Source: an uncultured bacterium
GTDB taxonomy: Bacteria; Patescibacteriota; Saccharimonadia; Saccharimonadales; OFTM59
Length of the DNA stretch: 57,700 nt
Direction: 5' to 3'
Assembly: GCA_966685145.1 (NCBI GenBank)
Contig: CBKXXB010000003.1
Coordinates: 1 to 57,700, forward strand
How positions within the stretch are numbered: position 1 is the first letter of the stretch; each line of letters begins with the position of its first letter. Positions 27,641-37,474 of this stretch are shown in pieces. The notes under the pieces were generated by a model, which had not been told where the DNA came from, ran no database searches, and saw only the letters and a list, made by a program, of their open reading frames with translations. The position numbers and the translations under genes were made by a program.

Positions 27641-28912
27641 CTAAGCAGCCCACTGCTGCCTATTCTGATAATGCCATTTCAGCCGCACCGCATAAGCCTC
27701 AACGGCAATCGGATCGACTTTCTTCTTACTTTTCGCCATCTTAGCAAGGTCTTTAAGAACTTTATGTTCTGGAAAGGCTTGTTTCAGCTGCCTTGCTAAC
27801 TGCACAATAGCAGAATTATGACGCCTAGAGAAAACCTTCGTGTCCTCAAAGTAGGCATTTATAAATAGGCGCACATCTATAGGTTTTTCGCCTCCGTTAC
27901 ACAGCGCATCCAATAGGCTCCGATAAGCTGCATAGGTACCGTATTTTACATCAGGATTAGTCACGTCCGGACTACCCTGATGCATGGTTTCCGCAATGTG
28001 TTCAACTATCGCCTCATTAAGAACTCGCCCGGCACCTTTATCTTCAGGCTTAAACATCCGATATAGTCCCGTCCTATACAGGCCATTTTTAGTTATGCGT
28101 CTCATGAGAGGTGATACATCCTTACCAGCTACGATATGAGTGAATTCGTGCGTCACAGTACTGGGATGGTAAACACGCCCCTCCCATCTGTGGGTAGGCA
28201 AAGTAATCCAAATGTCATGATCGTTCATGACTGCCGATGATCCTACCTCTTTCTTGGCAATCGTACCCAAACCGTCATCAATTCTCAGTTGGGTATTATC
28301 AATACGCAGCATACGATTTGTGCTTAGCGTACCCCTGGGAAGCCAACCATCCCGTACCCCCCGACCCAACAGGTCCTTAAAATACCCTTTGGCAAAGCTC
28401 CATTCACCTGACTCAACTGGTGCTCGCTGTTCGGACACTATCCTATGGTTGTGCCACTGCAGTACATTAAGAAGAGTCTCATCGGACACTTTCGGTTTGC
28501 CGCTATCGTCTTCTTCAAGAAGTAGCGCTTTCGCACCGCCTGGTTCCGCACTTTCGAGACCGATGTTATTTGCCAGCCATTTCGGCATGGCTTCAAGGTC
28601 CAGCATTTCATCCAACGTCTCTACTGTATCTTCAGGGATAGAGGCGAGCGTCTTTCGTGCCCCGTCTAGGCTTTTTGCTATATGCCTCTTATAAAAACGA
28701 GAGACTTCCGTGCCATGCTTGATTGCTTGCCGGGTACCTCTTACTGACCACCAAACCGCCCATCTGCCAAGAACACTGTTAGGGCCAGCTATAAACTCTT
28801 CTTCACGAAACTCACCGCTAGGAGCGATAGATGCCTCGATATAATCATCACCGGTCACCCCTAGTAGCGGATCATCATTAGGACCAGTCTCAGACCCGAT
28901 TTGAGCAGCCAA
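27641..28912 (-). CDS. Orphan putative zinc metallopeptidase (gluzincin-like)
   Basis: THEFTH followed by LNEAIVE; TTG start with AAGGAG SD. Confidence 0.6.
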   Translation of the reverse strand: MAAQIGSETGPNDDPLLGVTGDDYIEASIAPSGEFREEEFIAGPNSVLGRWAVWWSVRGTRQAIKHGTEVSRFYKRHIAKSLDGARKTLASIPEDTVETLDEMLDLEAMPKWLANNIGLESAEPGGAKALLLEEDDSGKPKVSDETLLNVLQWHNHRIVSEQRAPVESGEWSFAKGYFKDLLGRGVRDGWLPRGTLSTNRMLRIDNTQLRIDDGLGTIAKKEVGSSAVMNDHDIWITLPTHRWEGRVYHPSTVTHEFTHIVAGKDVSPLMRRITKNGLYRTGLYRMFKPEDKGAGRVLNEAIVEHIAETMHQGSPDVTNPDVKYGTYAAYRSLLDALCNGGEKPIDVRLFINAYFEDTKVFSRRHNSAIVQLARQLKQAFPEHKVLKDLAKMAKSKKKVDPIAVEAYAVRLKWHYQNRQQWAA

Positions 28913-28973
28913 AACACAAGCTCCTTATTCAATATTACAATAACATTATTATTACATTTGTCAATCGCATACT

Positions 28974-29669
28974 CTATATTCGAACGAATCGGCTCAGCAT
29001 AGTCTTGGCTAGCTGGAGTGCTGGCGATTGGTACTTATCAGCGTCCTTTACCTGCTTCAATGGCAGCGGCTCGTTAAGCCCGATAGCCAGCCGGATGAGC
29101 TTGATATGGTTGGCTGTGAACGGGCCGGCGGTCGTCGGCCGGAATGCCATGTCCTCGTATGAGAACAAATAATTATTGTCAGCCTCTAACTCATTACCCG
29201 AAGTATCATTTTGTAATCTGGGGCTGTGCCCCGATATCTTTAGCAGCTGCATAGTAAACCAAAGCTCAACCAGCTCACCAGCCAGCCCCTGATCATTTAG
29301 ACCCTCAAGCGTCGCTATAAGCAGATTATAGTATTCCTCGCCTGCAGCATCTTCTGTCGTGCGATTAATGCGTTTTAATAGATCATACCCAAGCATTGTC
29401 CGGTTTATGTCTTTCACTATATCCTCGTAATGCGTAATGAGCCGCGACGACACTAGTGTGCCTATTTCTTTGCGGCCGCGCAGAAACGTTACATGACTGA
29501 CACTGAAAAGCTCTATGCCGCCAGCCAGTTTGGACCGTTCACGACGCACACCCTTGGCTATTAGTCTGACTTTGCCAAAGTCAGGAGTCAAAACAGTAAT
29601 GATACGATCAGCTTCCTGAAACTCAGTCCTTGCAAGAACTATACCCTTAGTAACTACCTGCTGCTTCAT
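28974..29669 (-). CDS. recO: DNA repair protein RecO
   Basis: GIVL...EADRI..LT...GK....KGVRR..SKL.G..E. Confidence 0.93.
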   Translation of the reverse strand: MKQQVVTKGIVLARTEFQEADRIITVLTPDFGKVRLIAKGVRRERSKLAGGIELFSVSHVTFLRGRKEIGTLVSSRLITHYEDIVKDINRTMLGYDLLKRINRTTEDAAGEEYYNLLIATLEGLNDQGLAGELVELWFTMQLLKISGHSPRLQNDTSGNELEADNNYLFSYEDMAFRPTTAGPFTANHIKLIRLAIGLNEPLPLKQVKDADKYQSPALQLAKTMLSRFVRI

Positions 29670-30037
29670 GCCGAAACTAGATCAATGGTTCTTACGAGCT
29701 TAGATAGTTTGGTCTGAGGCTTATACAAATAACCTCTTACTCCAAGCTGCTCCAGCAGACCCGTATCACCCCCTGCGTCTTCTCCCGGGGTAAGTGACAA
29801 CACAACTACCGGTATATGCTGCCACTCGGGATAAGAACGGAATTCATACAGAAATTCAATGCCGTTATGCATGGGTATCTGCAGCTCAAGGATGACCAAA
29901 TCAGGCAGCCCGTTTTCCATAGCGAACAAAGCTGTCTGCGCCGACGGCTCTCTGTGAACCGTATGGCCTGCATGTTCCAGCACCGCTTGATAGTTTTTCG
30001 CCAATATGTAATCTGGCTCGATCAGTAGGATTTTCAT
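29666..30037 (-). CDS. Single-domain pseudo-receiver (phospho-Asp replaced by Glu)
   Basis: CheY fold (ILLIEPD, PDLVILELQIP..NG, VVVLS, YLYKP); start ATG 30037. Confidence 0.85.
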   Translation of the reverse strand: MKILLIEPDYILAKNYQAVLEHAGHTVHREPSAQTALFAMENGLPDLVILELQIPMHNGIEFLYEFRSYPEWQHIPVVVLSLTPGEDAGGDTGLLEQLGVRGYLYKPQTKLSKLVRTIDLVSA

Positions 30038-30038
30038 T

Positions 30039-30752
30039 CTAGACAAGCTGCAGCTGCGGATTAGGTATTAATGTGGCCGCCAGACCGGTAAGCTGGCTGT
30101 GACGGGACACTTGGAGTTTGCTTGCCATTATGCCAAACAGCGAGTCAGCTACGAATATACCGGCACCGGAACTATGGCCAAGCGTCGGCAGGGATTGTCG
30201 TGCCATGCCATGTATAAGCTTGGCCCGACGGAACATGTCAGTCGTCAACTCGCTCTGGTCGCCATAAGTCCCGGCTACGATCCCGGAGCGGCTCTTATGC
30301 GCCGCCAACACAAGACGAGGTTTCTTAACTGCCGTCTCCTGCTGTGCTTCGATAAAAGAATATCCAAGCGCCACCATGGCAGCTTCAAGGCTTTGGCGGT
30401 GTCCCATTACTGGACCATAGCGTCCGCTTAAATGTATCTCAATGTCGCACGAGTATTCTTTGGCGATTTTGTCCAGACGATCAGCCGCGGTCTGAAGAAC
30501 GGATGATACCGTAACCGGTTCAAGCTCCAGGCTCGTCTGCTGTCGGGACAGCTGCCGGCTCAATAAATAACTGTCAATCAGGTGCATGGCCATATCGGCT
30601 ACACTCTCGACGTGATCAAGTCGCACTTCGCCGCCCATGCGCGCCAGCTCTATGTGCTGAGAAATATGCAGAAGCGGCAGCTTCAGTTGCTCGGCCAGCG
30701 CCAGGAATATCCGGTCTTCACCTCTTAAGCTGTCATCATCAAGGCTAATCAT
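30039..30752 (-). CDS. Degenerate cytoplasmic histidine-kinase-like protein
   Basis: HisKA-like AEQLKLPL without His; G2-like SSGAGIFVA retained; N and G1 boxes not recognisable. Confidence 0.75.
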   Translation of the reverse strand: MISLDDDSLRGEDRIFLALAEQLKLPLLHISQHIELARMGGEVRLDHVESVADMAMHLIDSYLLSRQLSRQQTSLELEPVTVSSVLQTAADRLDKIAKEYSCDIEIHLSGRYGPVMGHRQSLEAAMVALGYSFIEAQQETAVKKPRLVLAAHKSRSGIVAGTYGDQSELTTDMFRRAKLIHGMARQSLPTLGHSSGAGIFVADSLFGIMASKLQVSRHSQLTGLAATLIPNPQLQLV

Positions 30753-30819
30753 GGCCGCCTGTTACCCTCTCACACTTTATGTGATAAGTATAGCATCTGC
30801 TACAGCTGCCGTACGTAAC

Positions 30820-31590
30820 TTAAGGTGAAAAGGTCAGCTCTTTTAGAATGATGTTATTGAAGTCCGGTACGAATGTTTCGGATTCGGTTGTGAGTTTAAG
30901 CGTCTTATCTCTGAGAGGAAAAAGCACTACACTACCCTTTTTGTTCTTGTCCAGTTGACCGTCTATTCGTGCCCCGGCGGTGTTCTGGATTTGGATAGGC
31001 GTGACTTTGACTCGCCCAGCCTTGCTGTCGCTATCGAACTTTTTCAGTTCCTTTGCATAATCTGACTCAATTACCTCGAGATGCAGCGCATAGGCAGTAC
31101 CTGACTTAAGGCCCGGTATAACATGCGGGTGGAAGTAGCCGTCAACAGGAGTTGAGCTTCTATCGTCCTCGGTTACGTAGGCCGACCAGGTACGAGGATA
31201 TTTAATTTTGACGCTGCCGAAGGCTGAGGGGCCTTGATACTCCGTAAGTGGTTGCTTTTCGCGCTCGGCAAAATCAGCATCCTTTTTGGCCTCAGCTTCT
31301 TCTACGGCCTTGGTGACTGCCGCTTCTATCTTCTGATCAACGTTGTTTTTGTAGTCGTTACGCTCTGAGAACGCCCATAAACCGAATCCGGCCGAAACCA
31401 GAAACAGCACGATGAATAAAACCAGTGCCACCAGCAGTACCAGGCTTGAATGGCGCTTCTTGACCTGTGATGAAGTTATAGGCGACTGCATAGGAGTTTG
31501 CTGCGGATACGGCTGCGGCATCTGCTGCATAGAGTTATCATAATCGGGCTGCATATCGCTCATGGTAACTGTTTCCGACGATTTTTTCAA
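30820..31590 (-). CDS. Membrane-anchored protein: P/Q-rich N-terminus, TM, coiled coil, PsbP-like domain
   Basis: One TM; IKYPRTW motif and terminal FNNIILKELTF typical of PsbP/Mog1-like folds; start uncertain. Confidence 0.65.
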   Translation of the reverse strand: MKKSSETVTMSDMQPDYDNSMQQMPQPYPQQTPMQSPITSSQVKKRHSSLVLLVALVLFIVLFLVSAGFGLWAFSERNDYKNNVDQKIEAAVTKAVEEAEAKKDADFAEREKQPLTEYQGPSAFGSVKIKYPRTWSAYVTEDDRSSTPVDGYFHPHVIPGLKSGTAYALHLEVIESDYAKELKKFDSDSKAGRVKVTPIQIQNTAGARIDGQLDKNKKGSVVLFPLRDKTLKLTTESETFVPDFNNIILKELTFSP

Positions 31591-32079
31591 TTACCGGTAA
31601 CGGTACAGGTACACGCCATTGGCTAACTTTGCCGGTTTTTTGCCGGGGATCATGAAGGTATAGCTGACAAGTTTGACGCGTCTCCCTTTATATTCCTGAA
31701 TAATTTTTTTATCCAACTTTTTCATGTATCTGTCTAGTAAAAATACAAAAATCCCGTCTGTTGCCGGCCACTTGGCGCTCCAATAGTTTCGCCATTTGAT
31801 ACTTACCTGCTTCCTGTATTTGAAGGTATGAATACGAGCTATCAATACCAAGATGGGGTTCAGCTCGTAACCGATTACCTTAAGGCCTCTTTTGGCTGCC
31901 TGCTTAGCAACCCGACCATCGCCGCAGCCAAGCTCTAAAAGCGTCTGGCCGGGTTTAAGATCTAGTAAATCCAGCGCGGTATCGGCCTGGCTTTTAAGCG
32001 TCGGCAGGTACGGGGCCCCGAAGGCCACTACAAAGCCGAACAGCAAGACCACCCCGAAGGTGATCAAAAATACGGTCAT
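31591..32079 (-). CDS. SAM-dependent methyltransferase with N-terminal TM (FAM173-like)
   Basis: GAPYLPT, LELGCGDGR and GYELNP motifs. Confidence 0.85.
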   Translation of the reverse strand: MTVFLITFGVVLLFGFVVAFGAPYLPTLKSQADTALDLLDLKPGQTLLELGCGDGRVAKQAAKRGLKVIGYELNPILVLIARIHTFKYRKQVSIKWRNYWSAKWPATDGIFVFLLDRYMKKLDKKIIQEYKGRRVKLVSYTFMIPGKKPAKLANGVYLYRYR

Positions 32080-32288
32080 AGCTCTGTCTGGCCAAAATCG
32101 GCTTGGATTTTCTCAACTTTGTTTTCAGCAGTCTTAAGATGCGCTTCTAATTGCTTAAGTATATCCATACCCCGCTCGTACTGTTTCATCGCCTCGTCAA
32201 TATCGATGTCCGGCGACTCCAGGTGGTCAAGAATCGTATCCAATTCCGTGCTCAATGCCGCATAGTCAACAGACGTGTCTTTAGCCAT
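32076..32288 (-). CDS. xseB: Exodeoxyribonuclease VII small subunit
   Basis: L..I...LE......DEAM..YERG......L..AENKV. Confidence 0.93.
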   Translation of the reverse strand: MAKDTSVDYAALSTELDTILDHLESPDIDIDEAMKQYERGMDILKQLEAHLKTAENKVEKIQADFGQTEL

Positions 32289-32318
32289 ATTAGTTATATG
32301 ATAGCACTGACTGTGGCC

Positions 32319-32849
32319 TTAAGAAGCAGACGGCTCCAGAAAACAATCAGCCAGAGCATCAATATCGGCATGTTCAGGACTACCGGCTCGTATATCTAGA
32401 CTTCCAGAAGGTGCCGCAAGAACAGATAAAGGTCCATACCCGGAATCGTCCATGGCGCCGGGTCTATACGCATCAAACACGAACAGCGTTTCCCGCACTG
32501 AATATTGAACTACAACGCCCGGCGCCCACTTGGCAGTAACTGACCCAACCCGCAAGTTAGGCTCATCAATACTCTGAGTTATACGGAGACTGATCTCTGC
32601 GTCAGCCAACAGGTCTCTGTGAGCCTGTGTAAGTCCAAGCCTGGCATACAAGACACCAGGATCAGGACAGGCAAAGGTACGCTCTTGCTCACCCTTCTTT
32701 GCTCGTCCCAAATCTACAGCCCATATTTTAGCGCTTGTTTTATTTAGCGCCTCTCGCTCTTCATCACTCATAGCATCACCGGAAGTGCGCTGCATGCTTC
32801 TAATTAAAACTGCGCATTCGCCTAAACCTTTTTCGAATGACGGATTCAT
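32319..32849 (-). CDS. Hypothetical protein inserted between xseA and xseB
   Basis: 176-aa ORF with GAGGA SD. Confidence 0.6.
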   Translation of the reverse strand: MNPSFEKGLGECAVLIRSMQRTSGDAMSDEEREALNKTSAKIWAVDLGRAKKGEQERTFACPDPGVLYARLGLTQAHRDLLADAEISLRITQSIDEPNLRVGSVTAKWAPGVVVQYSVRETLFVFDAYRPGAMDDSGYGPLSVLAAPSGSLDIRAGSPEHADIDALADCFLEPSAS

Positions 32850-32877
32850 AAAACTTCCTCTTATAAATGATTTTATA

Positions 32878-33996
32878 CTACTTTTTAGCTATCTTATCAA
32901 TGGCCGCCTCTATGTTTCCGTCATGAAGCTTGATGGTTATATCGTCTCCTGCGGTAACTTTAGTTACTGATTTAAGAAGTGCGCTATTATGAAAAACCAG
33001 GGCATATCCGCGACGTAGCGGTGCCTCAGGATTAAGAGCACCAAGTAACTTACCCCTGGTTTGATTACTGCGCTCGGCTATATTCAGCATCAGTTTCATG
33101 CGGTGCTGAAGTAAGTTTGCTTGACTCCTGAGATCTGAACGGCTCCTTGCTACCGCTGAGACTAATAAATGCTGTAGTCTTTGCTTAGCGGACTTTAGCT
33201 GTTGCATTGTTTCTAGTTTGTCGGGAACGAGCATTTGAGCTGCGTTGCTTGGCGTGCTTGCGCGCCGGTCAGCCGCCAGTTCGGCCAGGCTTATATCCAC
33301 TTCGTGCCCTATGGCCACCAGTGTTGGTATCCGACTCGAGGCCACTGCCCGCGTGACTTGCTCGGTGCTAAATGCCGCCAGATCATCGGCACTGCCGCCT
33401 CCCCGTATGATAACTAGAGCTTCTACTGGTTCTGCATGACTGTTGAAGTACTCGATAGCCTTGATAATCTGGCCCGGCGCCTGCTCACCTTGAACCTGAA
33501 CATCGGCGAGAGCAACTTCAACCCCGCCCCACCTCTCGTTCAGTATTTTGATGAAGTCAGCGTATGCTGCCGATTCACTCGAAGTAATAAGTCCGATTTT
33601 CTTAGGCGGAAACGGCAGTGAACGTTTGCGGCTTTCATCAAACAAGCCCTCAGCAACCAACTTAGCCTCTAGAAGTGCGGCGGCACGCTTAAGTGAACCC
33701 TCGCCGACCGCGCGCATAGAAACAATATTGATACTAAAGCCATATTGGGGATGCAGACGCGGCATGCCCTGGACTTGGATTAGAAGCCCCTCCTCAAGCG
33801 GACCGGGCAGCTGATACACCGTGCCAAAAAACTTTACGCTGGCATAGTCGTCCTTCAAGTCAAAGTAAACCCACTTGTTCTTGCTGATTCTGAAGTTAGC
33901 CAGCTCGCCCGCTACTGAAACCGCCGGGTATGCCATCTCAAGCGTTTGGTTCAATACTGCCACGAAGTCCGATGGTGAAAAGACTACTTCCTGCAT
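32878..33996 (-). CDS. xseA: Exodeoxyribonuclease VII large subunit
   Basis: GELANF, YFDLKD, VQG, RGGGS, AIGHEVD, TPSNAA and LRRGYA motifs. Confidence 0.96.
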   Translation of the reverse strand: MQEVVFSPSDFVAVLNQTLEMAYPAVSVAGELANFRISKNKWVYFDLKDDYASVKFFGTVYQLPGPLEEGLLIQVQGMPRLHPQYGFSINIVSMRAVGEGSLKRAAALLEAKLVAEGLFDESRKRSLPFPPKKIGLITSSESAAYADFIKILNERWGGVEVALADVQVQGEQAPGQIIKAIEYFNSHAEPVEALVIIRGGGSADDLAAFSTEQVTRAVASSRIPTLVAIGHEVDISLAELAADRRASTPSNAAQMLVPDKLETMQQLKSAKQRLQHLLVSAVARSRSDLRSQANLLQHRMKLMLNIAERSNQTRGKLLGALNPEAPLRRGYALVFHNSALLKSVTKVTAGDDITIKLHDGNIEAAIDKIAKK

Positions 33997-34034
33997 AAGA
34001 ATAACTCTAGCAGCTTTGGCGTACGCCTACGAGT

Positions 34035-35096
34035 CTATTCCAATCGATCCTGATCGGTGTCGTGATTTTGTAAACTGCGCTGGTAAAAGAAGTATCCGAC
34101 GGGCATTTGGGTGGCCATACTTACCATGCGAAACGCCACGATAACGGGCAGGCTTAGCCCTGGAGTAATGCCAGCAGCGGCAAACACACCAGTCATAAGG
34201 GCTTCATAAATGCCTATGCCTCCCGGCAGTACCGAAACTATACCAGCGAAGTTAGCAACGGCGTATGCAATAATAATTGCTCCCGGATTAACAATGTGCC
34301 CGAACGCTGCAAAAACAAAAAAGATGGCTGTTATCTCAGCAATGTTTGCGGTCAGCGCAAACCCAAGGGGCCGCCTTAGATCCAAAACATGCGTACGCAG
34401 TAGCTTGTAGTTCTCGTGTAATTCAGTAAACACACGCTCAACTCTAAGAACGCTGATAGTTTCCGGATGCCGCGGCCTGACTACTTGGATAAGCCTATTC
34501 ACCAGCCTGGTAAGACTCGTGAAAAAGGCATTAATGCGCGATTTGCTACTGATGATGTATACGACTATAAGCGTTCCGACCAACAGGAGCGTGGCTAACG
34601 AACCCGCGACCAGCATAACGAAGTTATTCACGCTTCCTACAAAAGCAAGCAGCAAGAGCCCTAGACCAAGCAGCAGCTGGAAGGAAACGAACAGCAAGGC
34701 AAAACGCATGATCTGCACCAAGGTCGCCTTGCCTGCCGAAATACCTTCCGGTTTCATGCGAATGCTCAGGTATGAGAAGCCGCTGACACCGGCACTCGGA
34801 AAGACATTATTCACAAAGTTCAGCTCTAGGCTCAGCCGCATCATAGCTCTGGTGCGAAAACGATCGCCGAGAATACGGAATATGCCCTGGTAGAGCTTGG
34901 CTTGTGAAAAATGATTGAATACGGCCAGCGGAACAACCAGCAGTACCGGCCAGGGATTAGCTTTTCTAAGATTACCTACGGTTTCGATAATCTGTCCGCG
35001 CAACAAGTAAGCCGTTAATGCCAATGCCGCAAAAGTTATGATCGTAAAGAAAATTTTCCAACGTTTTCGCTTGATTTTGTCAACCATTTGTACCAA
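34035..35096 (-). CDS. Lysylphosphatidylglycerol synthase TM / flippase-like protein (UPF0104)
   Basis: FVNNVFPSAGVSG and PGGIGIYE motifs; multi-TM. Confidence 0.85.
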   Translation of the reverse strand: MVQMVDKIKRKRWKIFFTIITFAALALTAYLLRGQIIETVGNLRKANPWPVLLVVPLAVFNHFSQAKLYQGIFRILGDRFRTRAMMRLSLELNFVNNVFPSAGVSGFSYLSIRMKPEGISAGKATLVQIMRFALLFVSFQLLLGLGLLLLAFVGSVNNFVMLVAGSLATLLLVGTLIVVYIISSKSRINAFFTSLTRLVNRLIQVVRPRHPETISVLRVERVFTELHENYKLLRTHVLDLRRPLGFALTANIAEITAIFFVFAAFGHIVNPGAIIIAYAVANFAGIVSVLPGGIGIYEALMTGVFAAAGITPGLSLPVIVAFRMVSMATQMPVGYFFYQRSLQNHDTDQDRLE

Positions 35097-35148
35097 TTAT
35101 AGACATCTCAACCTTAAAAACCTAGGCAGAACCGCTATACTAAACTTA

Positions 35149-36306
35149 ATGAAATCAATTTGTATATTGGGACGCCAGCCTGCTTTGGGGCTTGCGGAAC
35201 TAGAAAGCCTGTTCGGCCCCGACGCAATCAAGCCTTTAGGTGAAAGCACCGCGGCCGTTAATCTGGAACCGTCAGGCATATCACTCGAAAGACTTGGCGG
35301 CACGCTAAAAATCTGCAAACTTCTTACTTATCTTCCCTACACGAACTGGCAAAAGATAGAAAAATACTTAATAGAAAGCCTGCCGGAACATCTGGGATAT
35401 ATACCTGAAGGCAAGATAAAGTTGGGCCTCAGTCTGTATGGTCAGGCAGCGAGCGTAAGACAGCTGAATACAACCGGGCTCAAGCTCAAAAAACTTATTA
35501 AAGATTCCGGGCGCTCGGTACGTGTAGTACCCAATAGCTCGCCTACTTTAAACACGGCCCAGACTATTCACAATAGCCTAACCGGCCCTAACGGTCTGGA
35601 GCTGGTCGTTATAATTGATCGCGGTCAAGCGGTGCTGGCTCAGGTTAAAGCCGTGCAGGATATTGCCGCATACGCCGGCAGGGATCAGGTTAGACCCAAA
35701 CGCGACTCGCGTGTTGGCATGCTTCCGCCTAAGCTGGCACAAATTATAGTAAACCTGGCCCGGCCGCAACCGGGAGCAACCGTGCTTGATCCTTTTTGCG
35801 GTACGGGAGTTATCCTGCAAGAAGCCGCACTTATGGGCTATAACGTTTATGGAACCGATCTCGAAACACGGATGGTCGACTACACGGAAGCAAACCTTGA
35901 CTGGCTACGCGTAGAAACTATCCAGCGCCGGGTCCATCAAGCTGATGCTACAACCGCAGAGTGGGAAGAACCCTTTGACACGGTCGCCACCGAAACTTAT
36001 CTGGGGCGGCCTTTCTCCTCTTCTCCTGAACCGGAAGTATTGAACGAGGTCATCCGTGATGTTGATACGATTCATAGGAAATTCTTCGCTAATTTGTCCG
36101 GACAGCTAAAATCCGGTGCGCGGCTTTGCCTGGCCGTCCCTGCCTGGAAGCAGAAAAACGGCTTTAGCCACCTGCCTTCTCTTGACCACCTCGAGAAATT
36201 GGGGTATACTCGGACGAGTTTTGTTCATGCTCGCGCTGAGGACCTGATCTATTACCGTGAAGGTCAAATTGTCGGTCGTGAACTCGTAACACTCGTAAGG
36301 AAATAG
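35149..36306 (+). CDS. TRM11-like RNA methyltransferase
   Basis: GMLPPKLAQ and VLDPFCGTG motifs; THUMP-like N-terminus; start reassigned to ATG 35149, 7 nt after TATACT. Confidence 0.8.
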   Translation: MKSICILGRQPALGLAELESLFGPDAIKPLGESTAAVNLEPSGISLERLGGTLKICKLLTYLPYTNWQKIEKYLIESLPEHLGYIPEGKIKLGLSLYGQAASVRQLNTTGLKLKKLIKDSGRSVRVVPNSSPTLNTAQTIHNSLTGPNGLELVVIIDRGQAVLAQVKAVQDIAAYAGRDQVRPKRDSRVGMLPPKLAQIIVNLARPQPGATVLDPFCGTGVILQEAALMGYNVYGTDLETRMVDYTEANLDWLRVETIQRRVHQADATTAEWEEPFDTVATETYLGRPFSSSPEPEVLNEVIRDVDTIHRKFFANLSGQLKSGARLCLAVPAWKQKNGFSHLPSLDHLEKLGYTRTSFVHARAEDLIYYREGQIVGRELVTLVRK

Positions 36307-36307
36307 A

Positions 36308-36580
36308 ATGTCACACGTTAAAGCAGGTGGAACCAGTAAAAACATTCATGACAGCCCAGGCCAGAGACTGGGTGTTAAGCTGTTTGGTGGTCAAAAAGTC
36401 AAAACCGGCCAAGTCATAGTGCGTCAAACCGGCCTTTCAAAAAGAGCCGGTGACGGCACATTCGTGTCTCGCAACTTCACGATTCACGCGTCCAAAGATG
36501 GCACCGTACAGTTCAAAGAACGCAAAGTACGCTTATTCAGCGGCAAGACAGTCCGCCGTACCGAAGTCACAGTAGAATAG
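36308..36580 (+). CDS. rpmA: 50S ribosomal protein L27
   Basis: MSHVKAGGTSKN..DS.GQRLGVK..GGQ.V..GQVIVRQ. Confidence 0.97.
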   Translation: MSHVKAGGTSKNIHDSPGQRLGVKLFGGQKVKTGQVIVRQTGLSKRAGDGTFVSRNFTIHASKDGTVQFKERKVRLFSGKTVRRTEVTVE

Positions 36581-37360
36581 TTAATCGCCTAGTAGGCTGC
36601 CGTAGTCTGGTTGAATTTCCATAAGAGCAACATGGCCGACGTCCCTGCCAGCTTCTTGCTGCTGCCTTATGAACTCAGCAGATCTGGTAATCATACCAAT
36701 ATCCAGGGATGCCCGGCCCGCTATACCGGCAGCACGCTCCCAGGTTTCTTGACTGCGGCGTATTGTATCCACATCTGATCCTAGATTTTCACTAGCATGC
36801 CAAGCTTCTTTTCGACCGGGAGTCTGGAGATAAGTCCTTAACTCCTCTATAATTGCCTGCTTCCATGGAACCGGCCGTTCATGTATGGGCAGCCGGGCTT
36901 CTTCCGGCGTAATGGTATCGACATAGGCCACGATCTGATCCATTGTGGTCATTGTTGCTGTTTCGGGTTTACCGTGCTCCACCCGTACGCGCGTTATAAG
37001 ATTGCCAAGAGCCGCAGAACCATTAGGCACAGCATCAACGGTCATAACGGCACGGCGAACACCCCGGTTACGTGTAATTGTCCGTAGCCATGACACCGCC
37101 TCATTGCCTGTGGGATCGGTGATATCGGTACGCCCTGCAACATCTGAAATATCGGAGATGGTCTCCACGCCTTTTGACGCTCCTTGGGAGCGGAATATCG
37201 AACCGATCAGATGATCACCCATGACCTGTGTACGCTGCTGTGGCGAAAGCTCCTGACTATCAAGTTCAGCAACTACCCGGTCAGTATATTGACTAACGGG
37301 TCCGTCAGGGAGAGAACGGGCTCGGTCTATTTGTGATGGGTCTGATGCTTCGGCTGTCAT
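36581..37360 (-). CDS. Hypothetical protein
   Basis: 259-aa ORF with its own TTGCTT-17-TAGTAT promoter (37385-37413). Confidence 0.65.
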   Translation of the reverse strand: MTAEASDPSQIDRARSLPDGPVSQYTDRVVAELDSQELSPQQRTQVMGDHLIGSIFRSQGASKGVETISDISDVAGRTDITDPTGNEAVSWLRTITRNRGVRRAVMTVDAVPNGSAALGNLITRVRVEHGKPETATMTTMDQIVAYVDTITPEEARLPIHERPVPWKQAIIEELRTYLQTPGRKEAWHASENLGSDVDTIRRSQETWERAAGIAGRASLDIGMITRSAEFIRQQQEAGRDVGHVALMEIQPDYGSLLGD

Positions 37361-37474
37361 GTTTTTGTGTTAATTATATGATATATACTAACACATTATT
37401 GCCTTTTAAGCAATCTCAGTTCTGTTTTGCTGCGAGGAACTATGAATATAGGTGGGCAAACCCTCTGCTAAGAG

